A stretch of 64,000 nt of DNA from Saprospiraceae bacterium. GTDB taxonomy: Bacteria > Bacteroidota > Bacteroidia > Chitinophagales > Saprospiraceae. This document shows, piece by piece, positions 20,540 to 29,665 of the stretch. Both the position numbers and the translations under genes were made by a program. Under the pieces are notes generated by a model, which saw only the letters and a list, made by a program, of their open reading frames with translations, had not been told where the DNA came from and did no database searches. The DNA is taken from the NCBI GenBank assembly GCA_016714085.1, contig JADJNW010000019.1:11248-75247 (forward strand). Direction: 5' to 3'. Within the stretch, counting starts at the first letter, position 1. Each line of letters opens with the position of its first letter.

Positions 20540-21946
20540 TTAATTGTCCATTCTGACTATTTTTGGTAAAAACGTGCCAATTGTCTCTACCAAATCGCTT
20601 TGGAATGCCATTACATGTTCGATATTTTTATAAGCAAAAGGCGCTTCATCCAGGCCGCCGCCAATCAAATCAACGCCGTGCGCTTGAAGGTATTTGTCCA
20701 TCTGTGATTGCGTGAAAGCTTCCTGCGCTTTGCGACGCGACATTTTACGCCCTGCTCCATGCGAAGCAGAATTCAATGAAATGGCTTTTCCTTTGCCACG
20801 TACGATAAAACCCGGAGCAGTCATCGATCCCGGAATAATGCCCAAAACGCCTGTCCTTGCCGGGGTAGCGCCTTTTCGGTGAACGATAACTTCCCGACCA
20901 TCTTCCAACAATTCCTTCCAGGCAAAATTATGATGGTTCTCCACTTTTGCAATTGGCTCTTGCCCAAGCGCTTGTGACAAACGCCGATGAATATGTCGAT
21001 GATTCGCAGACGCGTAATCTCCAGCCAGATTCATTGCCAGCCAATATTCTATTCCGTCCTCGTCATGTAATGATAACCATGCCAAATGCTTGGCTTCTTT
21101 AGGCAAAGGCGTTTTCTCCATGGCTACTTTCGTGAAATACTGTGCAATATTTGCACCCAAACCACGCGAACCCGAGTGTGATAAAATTCCCACATATTCA
21201 CCAATAGGTAAATGGAATTCATTATTCGGATCGATAATATTTACAAGCCCAAATTCTACAAAATGATTGCCCGAGCCGGAAGAGCCAATTTGTTCAACGG
21301 CCTTTTGTTTCAGCTTTTTCAAAATCGGAATTTCCCGAAATGCCAGACGTGTCAATACTTCGTCGTCGAAAGGTTTCTCAAAAGCAGCTTGCCCAAAACG
21401 GGTATTTTCTACCAGCAAATCCTTGAGTTTTGAACGATTTTGTTCCAGGAATTTTGGCTTTAAATCATACATTGTCAGGCACATACGACAACCAATGTCC
21501 ATACCAACTCCATACGGAATCACTGCATTTTCGGTAGCTAGAACCCCACCAATCGGCAATCCATAACCTTCGTGCGCATCCGGCATCAAAGCGCCAGCGA
21601 CGGTAACAGGCAGGCGCATGGCAGTATCCATCTGCGCGACTGCGCCCGGTTCGATGCCTTCGAGTCCATAAGATTGATAATTCAAAGACGTTTTTGATAA
21701 AGGAATTACTTGAGACGCTTTTTCTTTTTCATTTTTATGCAATAACAAACGACTTACGGGCGAAAATTTATCATCTTCTAAATATATTTCGGGATTTTTA
21801 AGAATATTTTTTAAAATTATGATGGCATCATCATAATTTTTTCGCTTATGATGCTGGTGCATAATGCTGATGGCAGTGCCGATCACCGGACCTTCAGGGT
21901 AGCCAATAGAAATCAAGTCTTTACCGCGTAGTTTGAGTTTTGCCAT
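20540..21946 (-). CDS. rtcB: RtcB-family RNA 3'-phosphate ligase with a ~100-aa N-terminal extension
   Basis: Motifs MPDAHEGYGLPIGGVLAT, GVGMDIGCRM, GSSGSGNHFVEF, GILSHSGSRGLG, ANHRHI, HHNFAW, HRKGATPA and APFAYK are present. Start is MAKLKLRGKD (cat 21944-21946). Confidence 0.9.
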   Translation of the reverse strand: MAKLKLRGKDLISIGYPEGPVIGTAISIMHQHHKRKNYDDAIIILKNILKNPEIYLEDDKFSPVSRLLLHKNEKEKASQVIPLSKTSLNYQSYGLEGIEPGAVAQMDTAMRLPVTVAGALMPDAHEGYGLPIGGVLATENAVIPYGVGMDIGCRMCLTMYDLKPKFLEQNRSKLKDLLVENTRFGQAAFEKPFDDEVLTRLAFREIPILKKLKQKAVEQIGSSGSGNHFVEFGLVNIIDPNNEFHLPIGEYVGILSHSGSRGLGANIAQYFTKVAMEKTPLPKEAKHLAWLSLHDEDGIEYWLAMNLAGDYASANHRHIHRRLSQALGQEPIAKVENHHNFAWKELLEDGREVIVHRKGATPARTGVLGIIPGSMTAPGFIVRGKGKAISLNSASHGAGRKMSRRKAQEAFTQSQMDKYLQAHGVDLIGGGLDEAPFAYKNIEHVMAFQSDLVETIGTFLPKIVRMDN

Positions 21947-22251
21947 TTTTGATTGGATTTTTGGAGTAAGGTCATTACAATCATGGGGAAAACAATAGAG
22001 ACCGTAAAATAATTCCCTTGATGTAATCCTTACACAGACCAAGCAAGGGCAGGGATTCCATTAAGAAATGCAACAGCTACAATACATTTCTACTTATTTC
22101 AAAACTATCGACATACCTTAAGCTCCAAGCAACAAGATACCAGTAACTAATTCTTACTTTCCAACCGCTTGCATCCGGCGCAGGAATAATTGGGCATCGC
22201 TCATTTCTACGGGTTGAATTTCGTAGGTTTCACCATCGGGCATTTTGAAAA

Positions 22252-25200
22252 TCAAATCTTTTCTTTCAGTCCGCCCAAGGCTTCCATAAACTGCTGATTA
22301 TTAGAGGTTACGCTGAGAATTCCCTGCTTATACCCAAAAAAGTACACCAACTCACTGGAAGTCTTGATATAAACATATAAGCGATCATCTTCATTTGTTG
22401 GCATGCGGCATTCGATGTAGCAAGTCATCATTTTGTGAAGCAATTCACCGTTGACACTCATAATGCCGATTTTCGGATCGGTGTTCAAAAAAGACTGATA
22501 TTCTGAATTCCATTTCATTTTGGCGCGGCTAAAAACAAAAGTATAAGGATTATATTTTTTTGGAATATCAAGATAACCGGAACTGATGCCTGTAATCGCT
22601 GTTTCTACCTCGGCATTGGCAGGGAATAGCTCCGTTGCAGCTTTTTTATAGAAATTTACATCCGCTAAATAAGGCACAACTCCGGCATCGAAACTCGACG
22701 TAATATCATTATACAAAATTTTAAGCAAATTCTCCGGCAACTGAAAAGTAACGCCCAACATAAATTCGGCATTGAGTGGCATTTCGGGTTCAGCGTTTTG
22801 CAAAGGATCGGCGACCAAAGAAGCGGTATCGCTTACCAATTCAGGGTTTTCGATGATAGGCGGGAATGCGGTTTTTGCAAATCCGGCTGCATCGATTTTT
22901 ACATATTTCAAACCAGAACCCAAATTAAATTTGCCTTCAGCCTCTAAAGTACCGTCATTATTTTTGAAAGTGAAAAGGTTGCCTTTGAGTTCATTCACCA
23001 AGACTTTCGAGGAGTCTCCAAAAATAAAATGATCTTTGTTTTCTAAATATTTGAACACGCCTTTAGCAGGAAAAATTTCTCGATCCTTGCGGAAATGCAA
23101 TGGCATCATCACTCTCGAATACATTCGGGCGGTTTCTTTGCTCAAGAACAATCCTGTCTCCAAAGGTTCTCCTTCTTCACTTTTGGGCGTGTTGTAACGG
23201 ATGGCTAAATCCTGTTTATCGCCTTCACTTTTGATAGTGAACCAATATTTGCCTGGAAGCTTGTCAGCATTTAACCGTGCAAAGCCATCAAAACTAAGGT
23301 TTTTGGTCTCTGCGCTGAGGCTAATCGTGCCATAAAATTCGGTTTTATGATCGATATAAAATCCGGCTTCTGATTTTACATCGCCGACAGCACGCGTGAC
23401 GGTGCGTTTTTCATTATAACTTCCTTTGCCAACGGGTTGACCTGTAATGTCTTGAAACTCAATTTCTTGCTGCTTATCAGCAATATTATATTCATAAAAT
23501 CCGCTCGCGCGATAAAAACGTCGCCCCAGAATATTGACCGTAGCACGGTTGATGACGTGGTTTTGATTGACTGTATCGCATACGATTTTTGCATTTTCCA
23601 AGGTGGTCATCACACCACCAGGCTGCACTTCTACATAACCACTATCGGGATAAATAAAAGCATCAGCTGCAACAATATGAGGCACACCACTTATTTTTAA
23701 TTCGCTGGTTTTTAGATCATAAGAAGCATTTTGTCCTTGAAATCGCAAGGAATCCTGATCGGGATGAATCGATAGGAAACTTCCCAATTTGCTGGCATCC
23801 GATTTAAAAGTAATGAGCTCATTTTTCATATCCCAACCAAACTCGTTCATCGAGGTTTCGTACTGATTGTAGGGTAGGGTAGTGACGAGGAATTCGTCGT
23901 TGGCTTTGAACGTACCTATTTCTGTATCAAAATCAACATCACCTTTTACATTGGAAGTGCGCAATGCGAGATTTTCTGCACCCGGAGCTTTAATTTTTAA
24001 ATCCGTCGTATCTGCTTTCGCAGAAAAAGCGCCAAAAGAAAAGAGTTCGGAAGTCATATTCGCTTTGTCCCAATCGAGTGTTCCATCTGCTTTCAAACCA
24101 CCTGGGGTAAGGATAAGCGTACCGCTCATGGTGTGATTTTCTTTGTTGAAAAGCTTGAATGGCGCGGTTTCCGAGCGAATATACATGCTATCTTGATAAG
24201 GCCGCCAATCGATGCTTACATCCACACCACGTACTTTGGGTGTTTGAATGCCTGATGTGCGGTCTTCTTCTAAATTGAATTGGTCGGCGCGGGCGGTCAT
24301 CTCATCGGGCTTAAAAAAGATACCTTTCGCATCAATCGAAGCACCGAGATATGTCAATTTTCCTTCGCCTACAAGCCCTGTATTGCTTAGGTTTACTTTC
24401 CCAATATAATTGCCTTTGCCTTTGTACACGGGGTAACCTTCTTTGGGCGTTTCGCTAATAAAACCGAGTGAAAAATCACCTTCTTGCAAGCGTAGGGTTT
24501 CTTTAAAATCCGGGAAGATATCTGCTGAATGCAATTCACCTTTAAATTGAATATCCTTTGCTGTAAACTTATCTAAATGGTTGAAACTGAATGGCAACAC
24601 CCGAAAGTAAAACGAATCTCTGGGGTATGTTTTTATGCTGTCTGCTTCAAGATCATAAAAAACAAAGGCATCTGCGTTGGTTTGCAGGGACGGAAAAATG
24701 GGAATATCATCTTGCCCCGATTTGTTGTTGGGCGCATCAATCAAAAGCGTACCCTTTAAGTGCTCCACACGTGAAGCGATAGAATATGCAATCGGCTGAT
24801 TATTAGCATCTAATGAATCGGTTGGAACGAAAAGATCAAAATATCGCACCGAATCTAAAGCGATTTGAAATTTATCATAATCAAAGTGAAAATCTTTTCC
24901 TTCCAACACACCAAAACCTGCAAAAATTTTCCCGTCAAAATCCATATTCCGATTGGGTTTCATCACAATTTGATCACCCGTGGGCAGCAGCGCGACTTTT
25001 TGTTTTTTGCTGAATTCTATATTTGGCACCCCGTTGATGAGCATAGAATTGTCGCGGAGGTTAATGGTGGCATTGGTGCTATCTGTTTTGGAGCGGATTT
25101 TTAAAAAATCATAATCCACTTTCTTTTGGTCGGCATCGGCATAATGAAAAACCTTGTCTTTCACTTCCACTATTTGCTTTTCACTATCATAATTAATGAA

Positions 25201-26244
25201 GCCTTGCGCGACTAAATCATACAATAATCGCTGAATATTATCCACCGTAAATTTCGCATTGATGCGCGTCGCCAGCAGGCTGGCAGGGATGTAGCGGGTT
25301 TGTTCGCGTTCCGCTGTTACCTTCATAATCGCGATTGGATTGATGGTGCCAATATTTTGAATGCGTTGGTATTCTCCTTGATTAAAATAATTGAGCGACT
25401 CAAAATGAACGTCTGTTTTAAAAGAGGGTTTGATGACTTTTTTGCCAATGACAATCGAATCGCCATCCAGATAAGCCTGAATATCTTCGGCGTCAATATT
25501 CAATTGATGCACGGAGCTAAAAAAAGGATTGCGATCGCTACCGCGTTCACCGCGAGTGAGTTGTACTTCGTTTTGATCAATTTTGTATCGAATGTTTACG
25601 GAAGGATGATAGATTGAATCTTTGCCAAAGTGCATGACCGTTTCTACCCTGTCAGCTACGATCAATTCACCTCGCCGGATGGTAAATAACTCAGCTGCTC
25701 CTCGGAACGCAATTTTTTTCTTTTCACTTTCTACCAATACCTTGGCCTTATTATCCTTGCTGCCGTAGCCATATACTGTAGAACCGTGCAAACGGAACCC
25801 TCCGGTAAATTTGATGCCTTTACCTAAATCATTGATTTCCAATAGCTGGTCATTCGATTCAAAGCGAGGATAAGAACTGGAAGTTTCATCACTGGCAAAG
25901 ATCAGTTTATCACTAAAAGAACCCGGAATAAGCTTGTTGCCAAAGAATAAAGGGTAATGAAGCTTGGCATCTTTTACTTCGTATAGCCCTTTTTTTGTTT
26001 GTAGTTCATACGCACCCAATTCCACATATACATCACTCATCTCAAAGCGCTCCCAAGTGACTTTGCCATTTTTACCGCGCCATATATCATCCACAGGAAA
26101 ATATTCGCCCGAAGTTTGATAGATAAAAATCGAATCTTTGCGATGACCAGCCATCAAATCAAGTTTCTCAAAAGAAAGCGAGACTTTTTTATCCTTGTAA
26201 TGCCATTGGTATTTGTCGGTCAGGACGTACCAATTTGTACCCAA
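22252..26244 (-). CDS. Large secreted protein of unknown function, main fragment (1330 aa)
   Basis: It is a long uninterrupted ORF, beta-rich, with no motif I recognise. It continues upstream into ORF 26220..26702 and downstream into a 29-codon tail ending at 22154, both through homopolymer frameshifts. Confidence 0.7.
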   Translation of the reverse strand: MGTNWYVLTDKYQWHYKDKKVSLSFEKLDLMAGHRKDSIFIYQTSGEYFPVDDIWRGKNGKVTWERFEMSDVYVELGAYELQTKKGLYEVKDAKLHYPLFFGNKLIPGSFSDKLIFASDETSSSYPRFESNDQLLEINDLGKGIKFTGGFRLHGSTVYGYGSKDNKAKVLVESEKKKIAFRGAAELFTIRRGELIVADRVETVMHFGKDSIYHPSVNIRYKIDQNEVQLTRGERGSDRNPFFSSVHQLNIDAEDIQAYLDGDSIVIGKKVIKPSFKTDVHFESLNYFNQGEYQRIQNIGTINPIAIMKVTAEREQTRYIPASLLATRINAKFTVDNIQRLLYDLVAQGFINYDSEKQIVEVKDKVFHYADADQKKVDYDFLKIRSKTDSTNATINLRDNSMLINGVPNIEFSKKQKVALLPTGDQIVMKPNRNMDFDGKIFAGFGVLEGKDFHFDYDKFQIALDSVRYFDLFVPTDSLDANNQPIAYSIASRVEHLKGTLLIDAPNNKSGQDDIPIFPSLQTNADAFVFYDLEADSIKTYPRDSFYFRVLPFSFNHLDKFTAKDIQFKGELHSADIFPDFKETLRLQEGDFSLGFISETPKEGYPVYKGKGNYIGKVNLSNTGLVGEGKLTYLGASIDAKGIFFKPDEMTARADQFNLEEDRTSGIQTPKVRGVDVSIDWRPYQDSMYIRSETAPFKLFNKENHTMSGTLILTPGGLKADGTLDWDKANMTSELFSFGAFSAKADTTDLKIKAPGAENLALRTSNVKGDVDFDTEIGTFKANDEFLVTTLPYNQYETSMNEFGWDMKNELITFKSDASKLGSFLSIHPDQDSLRFQGQNASYDLKTSELKISGVPHIVAADAFIYPDSGYVEVQPGGVMTTLENAKIVCDTVNQNHVINRATVNILGRRFYRASGFYEYNIADKQQEIEFQDITGQPVGKGSYNEKRTVTRAVGDVKSEAGFYIDHKTEFYGTISLSAETKNLSFDGFARLNADKLPGKYWFTIKSEGDKQDLAIRYNTPKSEEGEPLETGLFLSKETARMYSRVMMPLHFRKDREIFPAKGVFKYLENKDHFIFGDSSKVLVNELKGNLFTFKNNDGTLEAEGKFNLGSGLKYVKIDAAGFAKTAFPPIIENPELVSDTASLVADPLQNAEPEMPLNAEFMLGVTFQLPENLLKILYNDITSSFDAGVVPYLADVNFYKKAATELFPANAEVETAITGISSGYLDIPKKYNPYTFVFSRAKMKWNSEYQSFLNTDPKIGIMSVNGELLHKMMTCYIECRMPTNEDDRLYVYIKTSSELVYFFGYKQGILSVTSNNQQFMEALGGLKEKI

Positions 26245-26702
26245 ATCGGAACTGCGTATTTTTTTTTCTTCAAAAAATCTTTAGAAAAGCGAATGAAATC
26301 AAGGTAAGTCGCAAGCCTTTGGCTTTCAACATCAGCAAGCATGGTGTCAAGCATCAGATGCCAATCCTTGAAAGTTTGTTCGGGATTATCGGTTTTTTTG
26401 ACCGCCATCAAAGCATTCAGATAGTCCATAAAATAAGGGCTTGCACTCATCCGATATTGCAACATTGAATTGCTGGTCTTCAGAATTTGTTGAAATTCTG
26501 TATCGGAAAACATTCCTCCTTTGAAGTTTTTTTCAAACTCCTTGTAAATGTCTTCCATCGTTTGTTGCTTGCTGGTGGTCATGTAAGTACCTAACTGCGC
26601 CGTGAATTCAGATTTATCTTCTGAAAATTTTTCCAGGCGTTGCCCAAACGCATTAGAGTAAATACTAATAGTCAGGATTAGTAGGAAGTATAGCTTTCTC
26701 AT
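26220..26702 (-). CDS. N-terminal fragment (signal peptide plus ~140 aa) of the large secreted protein
   Basis: The signal peptide is MRKLYFLLILTISIYSNAFGQ. The ORF ends inside the T9/A6 runs at ~26255-26280, exactly where ORF 22252..26244 begins in another frame. Confidence 0.65.
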   Translation of the reverse strand: MRKLYFLLILTISIYSNAFGQRLEKFSEDKSEFTAQLGTYMTTSKQQTMEDIYKEFEKNFKGGMFSDTEFQQILKTSNSMLQYRMSASPYFMDYLNALMAVKKTDNPEQTFKDWHLMLDTMLADVESQRLATYLDFIRFSKDFLKKKKYAVPIWVQIGTS

Positions 26703-26850
26703 CCGCTTTAAAAATTTACTGTTGCATCATTGCACCATCCAAAGATCGCGTATCAAATTAGTTTTATAACAATACAACAAGTGATAGAGATTGCAATACA
26801 AACGTCAGAAAAGCAAATAGTAATGGATACCGAGGGTTATTTTAACAATT

Positions 26851-27657
26851 TCAGGCAAGCCCAGTCCCCTTTTCGATTTTTTCGTCGAGCGTAAAGCGAA
26901 AGTCTTCCATAAAAGTGAGCAGAATCGGAACGTCTTGTTTTAAAATGCCGGACACCAATAATATACCATTTACCCGCAATTTATCGTGCAGCGCTGCCAA
27001 GGAATCCAGAATCACATTGCGATTGATATTCGCCAGAATGATATCATAACCAGTATCTAATACATTATCAATTGTCCCATGTATTGCCTGTACATTATCT
27101 ACATTATTCACTTGCGTATTTTCGAGGGTATTTTGGTATGCTTCCACTTCAATATCCACGGCATCTACAATAGAAGCGCCCATTTTGGACGCCAAAATCG
27201 CCAGGATGCCTGTGCCACAGCCGTAATCAAGGACTTTCGCGCCTGAAAAAGGTTGCATCCGCATCATTTGGATCATCATATGAGTCGTTTCGTGATGCCC
27301 CGTGCCAAAGGCCATTTTAGGATTGATGATCAATTCGTATTTGAATCCTGGTTTTGGAGGATGAAAATCTGCGCGGACGTAACAAAAATTTTCCACTTCA
27401 ACGGGCTTGAAATTCGCTTCCCATTCAGCATTCCAATTGCGAGGGGCAATTTCTTCTTTGTCCCAAGAGAAGTCAAATCGATTTTGTAAAGCTTCTAATT
27501 CGGATTCGATTTTTGATATATCTTCTGATACCGGCAGATAAGCATCCAATCCTTCCTCCGTTTCTTCAAAAGCTTCAAAAGGCAATTCATTCAAGAAAGC
27601 CAATAGCAAATCGCTCTTGCGCGGATCAATAATAATACGATAACAGAGATAATTCAT
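26851..27657 (-). CDS. prmA: Ribosomal protein L11 methyltransferase
   Basis: FGTGHHETTHMMIQMM, VLDYGCGTGILAILASKMGA and DIILANI form the PrmA pattern. Start is MNYLCYRI (cat 27655-27657). Confidence 0.85.
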   Translation of the reverse strand: MNYLCYRIIIDPRKSDLLLAFLNELPFEAFEETEEGLDAYLPVSEDISKIESELEALQNRFDFSWDKEEIAPRNWNAEWEANFKPVEVENFCYVRADFHPPKPGFKYELIINPKMAFGTGHHETTHMMIQMMRMQPFSGAKVLDYGCGTGILAILASKMGASIVDAVDIEVEAYQNTLENTQVNNVDNVQAIHGTIDNVLDTGYDIILANINRNVILDSLAALHDKLRVNGILLVSGILKQDVPILLTFMEDFRFTLDEKIEKGTGLA

Positions 27658-27674
27658 TAGTCTGTTTTGAGAGA

Positions 27675-28205
27675 TCAATAACCATTTTCGCCGGATGCGT
27701 GTGCACCGTAGCGATGCTTGATGGTGGAGGGCGCTACACCAACATTGCTATCTATGTTAAAAGGGACACCTGCGGCATCAATGCCAATTTTTATCATTGC
27801 AAGGTGATGCACCGCGTGATCGTGCGCAAACATTAGCTCTCGTCCGATAGAGGACTGAAGCAAAGGCCTTTGCTCATAGCTTTGATTAGAAAAATCGCCA
27901 TAAACCTGCATCATATCTGCTTCCAACAATTGCATTATAGAATCGCTTACACGCTGGAAAGTTGCCTTTGCATACTGTGCATCCGATTCGATGGCAGGGT
28001 CACGGTCGCGGTTGGCGTAATCAATTACGCCAGATTTTGTACCTTTTAGTAAACAGAGATAAAAATCGAGAATATGTCTGAAATGTTGTCCCAATGTCGA
28101 ACCTTTAAAAATGTCTAAAGGCTTTGCATAAGTTTGATTATCAATGACTTCGAGTAATTTTGTAATTTGCTCTATAATCTGTCTGTTTCCTTCAATGCAA
28201 TTCAT
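27675..28205 (-). CDS. DinB-family protein
   Basis: The His triad is spaced as in the DinB four-helix bundle (GQHFRHILDFY ... HDHAVHHLAMI). The 176-aa size fits. Confidence 0.6.
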   Translation of the reverse strand: MNCIEGNRQIIEQITKLLEVIDNQTYAKPLDIFKGSTLGQHFRHILDFYLCLLKGTKSGVIDYANRDRDPAIESDAQYAKATFQRVSDSIMQLLEADMMQVYGDFSNQSYEQRPLLQSSIGRELMFAHDHAVHHLAMIKIGIDAAGVPFNIDSNVGVAPSTIKHRYGAHASGENGY

Positions 28206-28310
28206 GTTGATAATTTAAATGGATAAATTGCTGATTTTTTTAAAAAGACTTTGTAAAAAATTTAAAAATAAGGTTATTCGTAAATCTCTTTTTTGCTGGC
28301 TTTCAGGGTA

Positions 28311-28718
28311 TTAACTAATAAAGAAGCTACTGTCATACGTCCAACGCCACCTGGGACTGGCGTAATATAACTTGCTTTTGGGAGCAACATTTTTATAATC
28401 CACATCTCCGCACAAGTGAAAACCTTTAGGATTAGATGCATCTTCTACACGATTCATGCCTACATCCACAACAACTACTCCTTCCTTGACCATATCTGCG
28501 GTAATCAAATCGGCACGACCAATGGCTACAATCAAAATATCCGCCCGGCGGGTGTGTTCAGCAAGATTTTGGGTGCGGCTATGACAAATCGTCACCGTGG
28601 CATCTCCAGGATACGCTTTGCGCGAAAGCAAAATACTAATCGGTGTCCCAACAATATTGCTGCGGCCTACCACCACCACCTCTTTGCCCGCTGTTGGAAT
28701 GTCGTAACGGCGGAGCAT
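28311..28718 (-). CDS. folD: FolD, C-terminal fragment; a second frameshift near 28375 moves the true stop to ~28274
   Basis: [42 protein letters not shown] is present. After ..APK, a -1 shift restores [32 protein letters not shown]. Confidence 0.9.
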   Translation of the reverse strand: MLRRYDIPTAGKEVVVVGRSNIVGTPISILLSRKAYPGDATVTICHSRTQNLAEHTRRADILIVAIGRADLITADMVKEGVVVVDVGMNRVEDASNPKGFHLCGDVDYKNVAPKSKLYYASPRWRWTYDSSFFIS

Positions 28719-29157
28719 TTCGACAATACCAAAAAGGCGTAGCCGGCAAGTAAGCAGGTAATCCTTGCGCCATGCGACCGAAATTCACCGGATGAAACCC
28801 ATCTACATCTTTACGTGGATCAATGGCTAAAGTGATTTTCTCTTCGTTGATATGTTTTGGCAAAGGTAATTGCACGATAAAACCATCGATATCCTCATGT
28901 TCATTGAGTTCGTGAACAATTTCCAATAGTTCTGCCTCAGAAATGGAAGCTTCTTTTTTAATCAAAGTAGAACTAAATCCAATTTCTTCGCAAGATTTGA
29001 CTTTGTTGCGTACATACACTTGGCTGGCAGGGTCTTCTCCAACCAGCACTGCTGCGAGGTGTGGAATTTTCCCTCCGGCCGATCTAATTAGATCTACTTC
29101 CTTAGCCAATTCTACTTTTATATCTTTTGCGAGCTTTATGCCATCAAGAATGATCAT
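28636..29157 (-). CDS. folD: Bifunctional methylenetetrahydrofolate dehydrogenase/cyclohydrolase FolD, N-terminal fragment
   Basis: [14 protein letters not shown]...[30 protein letters not shown]...[14 protein letters not shown]...[13 protein letters not shown] are present. The frame is lost at the A-run at ~28735. Confidence 0.9.
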   Translation of the reverse strand: MIILDGIKLAKDIKVELAKEVDLIRSAGGKIPHLAAVLVGEDPASQVYVRNKVKSCEEIGFSSTLIKKEASISEAELLEIVHELNEHEDIDGFIVQLPLPKHINEEKITLAIDPRKDVDGFHPVNFGRMAQGLPAYLPATPFWYCRNAPPLRHSNSGQRGGGGRPQQYCWDTD

Positions 29158-29345
29158 TCGGTATTTCTTTTATTCAAAGCGCAAATTTAAAAATAATGAC
29201 AGCATTCAAACTGTCTCAGGCAAAACAATTATCAAAAGACCTTACTTGAAAAGTAATTGATCTGCTATTTAAAATTAAATCTAAAATGCTATTTTTCCAT
29301 TGCTTAGCACAATCAGGCTGCAACAATTGTTAAAATTTCAATATT

Positions 29346-29636
29346 ATGCCAAAAAGATATAACAACTTTCATTTGTTTTTTCCTACATTTGCCATAGCTC
29401 AACACTTCATAATCGAAATTATCTCTGACGACCTCCAACAAGACATACGCCAAAAGGGTGATATTGGCGATACCCTGTTAATCCCAGTACTATCAAAGCA
29501 ACTACAATATTCACGAACCTCGCTTGGAAAATTAAAACATCCTGCTGCCGGAAATGCACTGCCGTTTCGCCTGAGTATGGTCAATTCCTACACCTCGTAC
29601 TTCGGCAAATTGCTTTCGGCTATCAAAAAAAATTAA
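29346..29636 (+). CDS. Doubtful ORF (96 aa) in the 500-bp region upstream of the giant adhesin gene
   Basis: There is only an open frame, with no signal peptide or motif. It is listed because it is the only ORF in an otherwise empty 0.5-kb spacer. Confidence 0.15.
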   Translation: MPKRYNNFHLFFPTFAIAQHFIIEIISDDLQQDIRQKGDIGDTLLIPVLSKQLQYSRTSLGKLKHPAAGNALPFRLSMVNSYTSYFGKLLSAIKKN

Positions 29637-29665
29637 TTAATTGAACCTTTAGTAAAAGGAGCACC

